DNA from: Deltaproteobacteria bacterium
GTDB lineage: Bacteria > Myxococcota > Kuafuiibacteriia > Kuafuiibacteriales > Kuafuiibacteriaceae
Assembly (NCBI GenBank): GCA_040218735.1
Contig: JAVJQW010000050.1
Span: 1 to 64,000, forward strand
DNA length: 64,000 nt
Direction of reading: 5' to 3'
Part shown: piece by piece, positions 57,186-64,000 of the stretch
Layout: each line of letters starts with the position of its first letter
Numbering within the stretch: the stretch's first letter is position 1
Notes under the pieces: model-generated
What the model saw: only the letters and a program-made list of their open reading frames with translations
Told to the model about the DNA's origin: nothing
The model's database searches: none
Position numbers and translations under genes: made by a program

Positions 57186-58772
57186 TCAGTGGCGGAAGTG
57201 TCGCACGCCCGTGAAGACCATCGCTATACCGTGCTCGTTCGCGGCCGCGATGACCTCCTCGTCGCGCTTGCTCCCCCCGGGTTGGGCGATCGCCGTCGCG
57301 CCCGCCTCCGCCAGGACATCGACCCCATCACGGAACGGGAAGAACGCGTCCGAGGCCACGACGGTGCCCTTCAGGGCCTCACCGGCCTTCAGCCCGCAGA
57401 TCTTCACCGCGTCCACCCGACTCATCTGACCGGCGCCGACCCCCACCAGGCGGTCGGCCTGCCCGAATACGATCGCGTTCGACCGCACGTGTTTGGCCGC
57501 GACCCACGTGAACGCCAGCCCGGCCAGCTCCGCCTCCGTCGGCGCACGCTCCGTCACGACCTTCGCCTCCGCGATCTCCGTGACGATCCGCGATCCACTG
57601 TCCTTGGTCTGCAACAACGCACCGCCGCGCACCAGCCGCAGGTCGACCTCCGGCCTCTTCGCGACCGCCCACGACGCCTCGTCGAGCTTCAGCACCCTCA
57701 GGTTCTTCTTCTTCGCGAGCACCGCGAGCGCCGCCTCGTCGTAGCCGGGCGCGATGATCGCCTCGACGAAGCTCTCCGTGAGCGCCGCCGCTGCGGCCTC
57801 GTCGAGCGGGCGGTTCACCGCCACCACGGATCCGAACGCCGACAACGCGTCACAGTCGCGCGCCGTGCGGATCGCCGCGGGCACGTCCTTCGCGCACGCC
57901 GCCCCGCACGGGTTGTTGTGTTTGATGAACACCGCGACCGGGTCCGACTGCACGGCCCCCAGATCGATCGCGAGCCCCAACGCGCTGTCCGCGTCGAGCA
58001 GGTTGTTGAACGACAGCGCCTTGCCCTGGAGCGTCTCGGTCGCGGAGAAGAACGACGGCGCCTCCCCCACCGGCCGGTAGAACGCCGCCGCCTGGTGCGG
58101 GTTCTCGCCGTAGCGCAGCTCGAGGACCCGCTCGTAGGACTTCGTGATCTGGGCGGGCGCCTCCACGGGACCGTCCGACACCTGACGCTCGAAGTACGCC
58201 GCGACCTCCGCGTCGTAGCGCGCCGTGTGGGTGTAGACGTCCCGCGCGAGGCGCCGCCGCGTCGACGCGTCGATGTCCTCCCCCGCCTCGAGCCGGTCGA
58301 GGATCGGCGCGTAGTCGTCAGGCTTCGTCAGGACCACGACCTGCGCGTGGTTCTTCGCCGCCGCGCGCAGCAGCGTCGGGCCGCCGATGTCGATCTCTTC
58401 GACCGTGGCCTCGAAGTCCGCGCCCCGCGCCACCGCGCCGGAGAAGTCGTAGAGGTTCACGGCGACCAGGTCGATGTAGCCGATGCCGTGCGACTCGACC
58501 TGCGCCACGTGGCTGTCCAGGTCGCGCCGCGCCAAGATCCCGCCGTGCACCTTGGGGTGCAGCGTCTTCACGCGGCCGTCCAACATCTCCGGCGACCCCG
58601 TGTAGTCGCCGAGCCGCGTGACCGGGACACCCGCGGCCTCGATCGCCTTGGCGGTGCCGCCCGTCGAGATGATCTCGGTCCCGAGCGCCGCGAGGCGCCG
58701 GGCCAGATCCGCGATGTGGGTCTTGTCCGTAACGGAGAGGAGCGCGCGACGAATGCGTGGCTGGTCGGTCAC
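57186..58772 (-). CDS. purH: Bifunctional AICAR transformylase/IMP cyclohydrolase
   Basis: [56 protein letters not shown]. Confidence 0.99.
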   Translation of the reverse strand: MTDQPRIRRALLSVTDKTHIADLARRLAALGTEIISTGGTAKAIEAAGVPVTRLGDYTGSPEMLDGRVKTLHPKVHGGILARRDLDSHVAQVESHGIGYIDLVAVNLYDFSGAVARGADFEATVEEIDIGGPTLLRAAAKNHAQVVVLTKPDDYAPILDRLEAGEDIDASTRRRLARDVYTHTARYDAEVAAYFERQVSDGPVEAPAQITKSYERVLELRYGENPHQAAAFYRPVGEAPSFFSATETLQGKALSFNNLLDADSALGLAIDLGAVQSDPVAVFIKHNNPCGAACAKDVPAAIRTARDCDALSAFGSVVAVNRPLDEAAAAALTESFVEAIIAPGYDEAALAVLAKKKNLRVLKLDEASWAVAKRPEVDLRLVRGGALLQTKDSGSRIVTEIAEAKVVTERAPTEAELAGLAFTWVAAKHVRSNAIVFGQADRLVGVGAGQMSRVDAVKICGLKAGEALKGTVVASDAFFPFRDGVDVLAEAGATAIAQPGGSKRDEEVIAAANEHGIAMVFTGVRHFRH

Positions 58773-58820
58773 GGGCCTCGGTCTACAACATACGCGCGGC
58801 GCCGGCCACCGCCCTCGGGG

Positions 58821-59489
58821 CTACTCCTGGAGGACGGGCAGACGCGCCTGACCCGCAGGGGAAGGCCCACCGACCGGCAGCTCGCGACCGTCCAGGAAGG
58901 TCTCCAGCGCGACTTCACCCTCGCGTAGCTTGTCGAGGCCGCTGACCTCGACCTGACGGATCCGCTCGCGCGTGAGGTTCATGATGTCCCCCACCTCCTC
59001 GAGCGTGATGCCGCCGCGCTCCGCGACGTCGAGCGCGCAGGTCTGCGCGAGCTCCCAGACCTCTTTGTCCGGGAAGTTGATCTTGATGGACCCCGTCACC
59101 GGATTCACGTCCAGGTAGAGGTGGTAGCGGCAGGAGACGTACAGGCACGGGCGCTTCGCCTCGCGGCACTCGCTGCGGTGCCCGGGGCGGTCGTACGCCA
59201 AGATCTCCGGGAGGGTCCCCTGCGCCAACATCCGCCGACGCTCGCGGAGCATCTGCTTGCGCGCGATCGTCTTGCTGCGACGGCGATCCTTGTCGCCGGA
59301 CTCACCTTCCGGGACCTCGTCCGCGACCTCTTCGGCCGCCTCGACCTCTTCCGCCTCGACCGGTTGGGGCGGCTCGGTCAGGTACTCACTCGCGGGCAGG
59401 CTGCTGTCGTTGTGCCAGGGGTCCTGATCCGCCTGGTCCACCCACTTCACCTGCTTGCCGCCCTCACCCGATGAGCTCCCCACGGACAT
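58821..59489 (-). CDS. Sigma70 region-4 HTH protein with Cys/His cluster
   Basis: [21 protein letters not shown] (region 4.2) preceded by C-x6-C-x4-C-x2-H...C; no region 2. Confidence 0.8.
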   Translation of the reverse strand: MSVGSSSGEGGKQVKWVDQADQDPWHNDSSLPASEYLTEPPQPVEAEEVEAAEEVADEVPEGESGDKDRRRSKTIARKQMLRERRRMLAQGTLPEILAYDRPGHRSECREAKRPCLYVSCRYHLYLDVNPVTGSIKINFPDKEVWELAQTCALDVAERGGITLEEVGDIMNLTRERIRQVEVSGLDKLREGEVALETFLDGRELPVGGPSPAGQARLPVLQE

Positions 59490-60106
59490 TAGCGTGCTCC
59501 TCGGCGTTTCGTCTTGGACGCCTTCTTCTTCGCGCGCGGCTTCTTCGCCGGCGCCTTCTTGGTCGTCGCCGCCTTCGCGGACGCCTTCGGCGCGGCCTTC
59601 TTCTGCGTGGCCTTCGCCTCCGCCGCCTGGATGTCCGTCGTGAGACGGTCCAGCGCCTTCAGCCAGTCCTTCGCATCCTTCTCGAGCTTCTTCAGCTGGC
59701 TCTTGAGCTTGGAGCGGCTCGTCCGATCCAGCTCGCGGGCGCCGAGGTCCTGCTCCGCCGCTTCGACGGCTTCCTCGAGCGAGACCCGCGCGTGCGACAG
59801 CTTCGCGCGCGTCGCCTGCGCCGCCTTCGCGAGATCCTCCAGCGTCGCGCCGTCCTTCATGGCCCGACGGATCTCGTCGACACGGCGGACGACCTCGACC
59901 GGATAGATCCCTCGGGACCCGCGGTGTTTGCCCTTCTGCCCCACGCGACGGCTGCGCGGGAGCAACCCGAGCTGCACGTACTTGCGAAGTGTGGCTTCGG
60001 AGAGCTTGGCTCCGGCACCTCGGAACACTTCCAAGATCTGCTGGGACGACAGGCCGTCGGCGTTGACTCGTTCGATTTCGGCGATCTGCCGTGAGCTCAG
60101 GGACAC
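59489..60106 (-). CDS. MerR-like HTH protein with Lys/Ala-rich histone-like tail
   Basis: [15 protein letters not shown]...IY; coiled coil; [21 protein letters not shown] tail. Confidence 0.75.
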   Translation of the reverse strand: MSLSSRQIAEIERVNADGLSSQQILEVFRGAGAKLSEATLRKYVQLGLLPRSRRVGQKGKHRGSRGIYPVEVVRRVDEIRRAMKDGATLEDLAKAAQATRAKLSHARVSLEEAVEAAEQDLGARELDRTSRSKLKSQLKKLEKDAKDWLKALDRLTTDIQAAEAKATQKKAAPKASAKAATTKKAPAKKPRAKKKASKTKRRGAR

Positions 60107-60130
60107 TGAGATCTACCCTCTTGGCCAGGA

Positions 60131-60159
60131 AAATTAGGGCCGCCCAAAGATCAAGTCAA
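60131..60159 (-). promoter_or_regulatory. Sigma70 promoter for the MerR-like/sigma4 gene pair
   Basis: Minus strand TTGACT-N17-TAATTT, 25 nt upstream of GTG 60106. Confidence 0.65.
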
Positions 60160-60236
60160 GCCCTCCAATGTAAAACATCGAATGGAATGGATCCAAAGGA
60201 CCCCATTCAAACGAAACTACTCAGTGGATCCGAACT

Positions 60237-60875
60237 TCAGGGCGCCTCGAGATCGAAGAAGACGGTGTCGTTGGCCGAGGCCTTCACTTCGATCCCCTCG
60301 ATGCACTTCGTCCCCATCACGTTGCCGTTCCCCTGCCGCTCGGACATCGCCTGCACGAACAGCAGCCGGTTGGATCCCACCTCGAACGACATCACCCCGA
60401 TGACCACGCCGGCCGGATCCGCGCTCTCGTTCGGGAAGCGCGCAAAGCGCGAGTTCGGTGCGTTCAACCGATCGTTGTCGAGGAACGAACACGTCGACAG
60501 CAGCGCCGCGCACGTCATCGTCCCGCCGTCCGCCATCGTCGGGTTGAACGAAGTGATCGTGTAGCTCTTCGCCCCCGCCGTCGCCGGCGGGACGCCGAAC
60601 TGAAACTGCACGTCGACGAGGCTCATCTCGCGGCACGCCCCCGACTCACACACGTGACTGTCGGACCGCGACGGGCACGCCGAGCAGAACTCGACCGCCG
60701 TGAAGTTCTGCGCGCCCGAACCGCACTCGCGGTTCGAAACACACTCGCTCCCCGCCGGGGAGCCCGCGGTACCGCACATCGTCGGCGTCACCGAGTCGTC
60801 ACCCGAGCCGTCGTCGCCGGAGCCGCAGGCCACGAGGCCCGTCGCCAGGATCGACATCCACACGTATCGCTTCAT
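60237..60875 (-). CDS. Cys-rich hypothetical lipoprotein
   Basis: MKRYVWMSILATGLVAC lipobox; multiple Cys. Confidence 0.75.
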   Translation of the reverse strand: MKRYVWMSILATGLVACGSGDDGSGDDSVTPTMCGTAGSPAGSECVSNRECGSGAQNFTAVEFCSACPSRSDSHVCESGACREMSLVDVQFQFGVPPATAGAKSYTITSFNPTMADGGTMTCAALLSTCSFLDNDRLNAPNSRFARFPNESADPAGVVIGVMSFEVGSNRLLFVQAMSERQGNGNVMGTKCIEGIEVKASANDTVFFDLEAP

Positions 60876-60916
60876 CGCGCGCAGAGGATCACGAACCACC
60901 CCGCGCCGAACATCGG

Positions 60917-62755
60917 TCAGCCGCGGTCGAGATCGACTTCGATCTTCTTCGACTTGCCGGCCTTGAGGTTCACCGTGCGCACCGCGGGCGGCAGCCCGTC
61001 GACCTCGACGCGGACCTTCACCGGACGACCGCTCGGGACATCCTTGAGCACCATCGGCGTCACGCGATCCGCGACCGGGAGCTCATCGACGACGACCCTT
61101 GCGCCCGGGGGCATCGTCGTGATTCGGAGCGTCGCCGCCTTCTCGAGCACAAACGGGATTCGTCGGACCTCGGCCGCGACGCTCGCCTTCACGACGGCGT
61201 GTTTACGCGCGAAGCCGTCCTTGCGGACCACGATGCGGTACTCGATGTCGGGGATCAGCTCGACCTCGACCGGCGTCGGATCCTTCACCGGCTGTTCGTC
61301 CAACAGCACCACCGCGCCGGGGGGCGTCGTTTCGATCCGGTACTTCGAAGTCAGCTGCTTCGGCGGCGCCTCGGGCGGGGACACGATCGGCATCCACCGA
61401 TCCCGATACTCGTAGGCGCCGTACCCCGCGCCGCCGAGCACGAGCAGGAGCAGCGCGAGGATCAGCGGCGCCTTCGACCGGGGCGGCTGATGGACCGGCG
61501 TCGGCAGCGGCGTGGATCGTTTGGTCTGCGACGGGCGCGGCGTCGGCGGTCCGATCGGCTCCGCGAGCGCCGGGACGTCCGATCCGCTCTGCGACAGATC
61601 GATCATCCGCGGGCCCTTCGACGCCTTGCGCTCCTGCGCCGGCGGCGGCGTCCGCTTCTCGCGGGTCTCCCAGGACTTCGGCACGGCGCGTAGCTGCGGG
61701 CGCTGCCGCTTGCCCTTCATCGTGACGCCGAAGACCTCTTCGTACTTCTGCGCCGCGTCCATGTTCTCGATCGTCGGACGCGAGCTCTTCTTCCCCGCCG
61801 GCTCCACCACGCGCCCGGACGTCGCCTGCTCCGGATTCTCGACGCGCCCCTCCACGAGGTCCTTGATGTACGCGGCGAGCGCGGCCTGCCCCGCGTAGTG
61901 CGTCATCGCCGCCTGGAAACGCTCCAGCGCGATGTGCATGTCCTGGCTGGTGATGTAGCGATCCTGCGGTTGGATCGCGAGGGAGGTCTCGAGGATCTCC
62001 TGGAACTGCCGGGGCACCTCGGAGCGGAACGTCTCGACGGATCGCACCGGGCGTGTCGGCGCATAGTTCGGCGCGCGATCGAGGTTCGGATCGTGGAGCC
62101 GCTCGTTCGTCATCAGCTCCCACAGACAGATGCCGAGCGAGAAGGTGTCGGAGCGCCCGTCGACCTGCTCGCCGCGGGACTGCTCCGGGCTCATGTAACC
62201 GAACTTGCCGACGGCGCCCTTCGCCTGCACACGCGTCAGTCCGGCGCGCGCCTTCGCGATCCCGAAGTCGACGATCTTCACGCTCCCGTCGATGGAGACG
62301 ATCAGGTTGTGCGGTGAGACGTCGCGGTGCACGAGGCCGAGGCTCACGCCGTTCGCGTCGGTCAGCATGTGGGCGTAATGCAGCCCCTGGCACACCTGAC
62401 TCGCGATACACGCGATGTGCTGCAGCGGCATGAACTGCCCGATCGACTTCAGCTTCCGACGGATGTCGTCCACCGTGTAGCCGGGCACGTACTCCATCGC
62501 GATGTAGTAGATGTCGTCGACGAGACCGAAGTCGTAGACCTGCGCGATGTTCGGATGATTGAGCAGCGCCGCGAGGCGCGCTTCGTCGAGGAAGAGCTGG
62601 ACGAACGCGCGGTCCTTCGCAAGCTGCGGCAGGACGCACTTGAGGACGACCGGCTTGACGAACCCTTCGGGACCGATCTTCTCGCCGAGATAGACCTCGC
62701 CCATCCCGCCGACCGCGAGCCGCTTGCGCAGGCGGTAACTACCGAGCTGGTCCAC
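60917..62755 (-). CDS. Membrane Ser/Thr protein kinase with PEGA domains
   Basis: GGMGEVY, HRDVSPHN, DFG, GYMSPEQ; TM; two IxTxPPGAxV PEGA repeats. Confidence 0.95.
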   Translation of the reverse strand: MDQLGSYRLRKRLAVGGMGEVYLGEKIGPEGFVKPVVLKCVLPQLAKDRAFVQLFLDEARLAALLNHPNIAQVYDFGLVDDIYYIAMEYVPGYTVDDIRRKLKSIGQFMPLQHIACIASQVCQGLHYAHMLTDANGVSLGLVHRDVSPHNLIVSIDGSVKIVDFGIAKARAGLTRVQAKGAVGKFGYMSPEQSRGEQVDGRSDTFSLGICLWELMTNERLHDPNLDRAPNYAPTRPVRSVETFRSEVPRQFQEILETSLAIQPQDRYITSQDMHIALERFQAAMTHYAGQAALAAYIKDLVEGRVENPEQATSGRVVEPAGKKSSRPTIENMDAAQKYEEVFGVTMKGKRQRPQLRAVPKSWETREKRTPPPAQERKASKGPRMIDLSQSGSDVPALAEPIGPPTPRPSQTKRSTPLPTPVHQPPRSKAPLILALLLLVLGGAGYGAYEYRDRWMPIVSPPEAPPKQLTSKYRIETTPPGAVVLLDEQPVKDPTPVEVELIPDIEYRIVVRKDGFARKHAVVKASVAAEVRRIPFVLEKAATLRITTMPPGARVVVDELPVADRVTPMVLKDVPSGRPVKVRVEVDGLPPAVRTVNLKAGKSKKIEVDLDRG

Positions 62756-62779
62756 GCACGTCAGACGATAGCACCAGAC

Positions 62780-63529
62780 CTACCCCTCGTCTTCCTCGGG
62801 TGTCGCGCCAGGATCGTAGGCGAGCCGTCCGTCGTCGTAGACCACGAGGACGCGCCCGTACTCGCGCGGCCAGTAGAGCAGAATCCCGTTCATCTTCGCG
62901 CTCCCGAGCGCGCGCTCGACCCACGCTTCGGCGTACGCCAGATCCGGCGCGCGGCTGATGACGGCGATCCCGTAGTCGATCCCCCGAAGGTTCCGGCGCG
63001 TCGTGACCTCGTGACACAGCACCGCGGTGCGGACGTGGCTCGTGAGGATCGCGAGGTCCACGAACCGGAGACCGTCAGGGTTGAGCGGCTCGTCGTCGAA
63101 GTCGTTCGCGGCACGCGCGCGTGTCTGCACGAGCTCGAGGCGCGCCTCTTCGATCCGTTTGTCGACCTTCTCCAGGACCGACTTGCGCGGCGCGAGCGAC
63201 TCCTCCTCGAGCATCCGCTTCGTGCGCGGGCGCGCGTTCTTCATGATCGTCTGCAGCCGCTCCGTCAGCTCCAGGACGCGGTGGGCGCCCTGCAGCACGG
63301 CGCACGCGACGATCAGGCGCGACAGGTACTCCCGCTCGTTCGGCGCGGGGCCGAAGCGCGCGAGGATCTGCGTGGGCCGCCACTCGATGTCGTTGCGGAG
63401 CGGATCGAGATCCGCCTTGGTGACCTTGCGCGGCGGGAGCTGCATCTCTCCGCGCGCGCGCGGCGGCGGCGGCGAGTGCGCCACCGACCGCATGTAGTTC
63501 CAGAGTTTGTGTTTGCGCCCGCGGCTCAT
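62780..63529 (-). CDS. Hypothetical protein
   Basis: 249-aa ORF co-oriented with neighbours; ATGA overlap with the upstream gene. Confidence 0.7.
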   Translation of the reverse strand: MSRGRKHKLWNYMRSVAHSPPPPRARGEMQLPPRKVTKADLDPLRNDIEWRPTQILARFGPAPNEREYLSRLIVACAVLQGAHRVLELTERLQTIMKNARPRTKRMLEEESLAPRKSVLEKVDKRIEEARLELVQTRARAANDFDDEPLNPDGLRFVDLAILTSHVRTAVLCHEVTTRRNLRGIDYGIAVISRAPDLAYAEAWVERALGSAKMNGILLYWPREYGRVLVVYDDGRLAYDPGATPEEDEG

Positions 63530-63774
63530 GAATCGGCGGCGGGTTCCTCACGCTCCTCGTCCAGGCCCGTGACCGAGAGGATCGTGTGGTAGATGCCGAC
63601 GGCGAGCGCGTAGGCGCAGCAGAACGCGACCGCGTACAGCGAGTACTTCAGGCAGAACATCGAGACGGTGGCGAGGCCGTCCATCTCGTACCAGCGGCCG
63701 AGGACGTAGCCCCCGCTCGAGAAGAGCGCGACGGTGGCGATCAGGGCGACGAGGAGGGAGATGAAGCGCGGCAC
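63526..63774 (-). CDS. Small two-TM membrane protein
   Basis: Two hydrophobic helices; ATGA overlap with the next gene. Confidence 0.65.
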   Translation of the reverse strand: MPRFISLLVALIATVALFSSGGYVLGRWYEMDGLATVSMFCLKYSLYAVAFCCAYALAVGIYHTILSVTGLDEEREEPAADS

Positions 63775-63820
63775 GACGGAGCGTCAGACTGACGCCGCCG
63801 TGCCGCCCGAGGCAAGGAAA

Positions 63821-64000
63821 TCAGTCGGCGATCTCACACTGCGAGCCGGCTTCCGAGTCGCAAGCGGTGATCACGAACCCGTTCACGAAGTCGAACAGAC
63901 GGTCGAGCGTGGCGCCCGAGCCGAACGTGAAGACGTCCGTGTAGTTGCGATCCGTGCTCATCGTGAGCAGGTACGCGTCCGCGGCGTTCGCGACGATCCC
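63821..64000 (-). CDS. C-terminal fragment of a hypothetical protein (runs off window end)
   Basis: Open frame with high GC3: GIVANAADAYLLTMSTDRNYTDVFTFG...SQCEIAD*. Confidence 0.6.
   Translation of the reverse strand, partial: GIVANAADAYLLTMSTDRNYTDVFTFGSGATLDRLFDFVNGFVITACDSEAGSQCEIAD

Overview
Very GC-rich bacterial chromosome segment. MYXO-CTERM proteins, a PEGA Ser/Thr kinase, a zinc-ribbon/GYF/TPR protein and Asp-Ala-Gly linkers point to Myxococcota. Housekeeping genes: the rimP-nusA-ylxR/L7Ae-infB-DUF503-rbfA operon, ileS, rsmD, pyk, mazG, murJ, rpsT, purD and purH. These are interleaved with accessory secreted genes: a 2000-aa SpvB/FG-GAP/RHS toxin, an orphan PD-(D/E)XK nuclease, a lamin-tail/PPDK_N lipoprotein, an M23 peptidase-B-lectin fusion, a pentaheme cytochrome and beta-propeller lipoproteins. 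The most striking unexplained structure is in the first 1.1 kb. Two divergent four-helix-bundle (TIGR02436/Avd-like) genes each carry a perfect inverted copy of their own first ~7-8 codons upstream. Each pair of repeats brackets a cassette with a shared proximal motif and an outward-facing sigma54-type promoter placed exactly 14 nt before the duplicated start codon. The complete gene is followed by a hairpin and a 30-unit hexamer array. This is a candidate invertible-promoter or RNA-decoy switch. No rRNA, tRNA, CRISPR array, transposase or reverse transcriptase was seen. All family assignments come from motifs read by eye, not from database searches.
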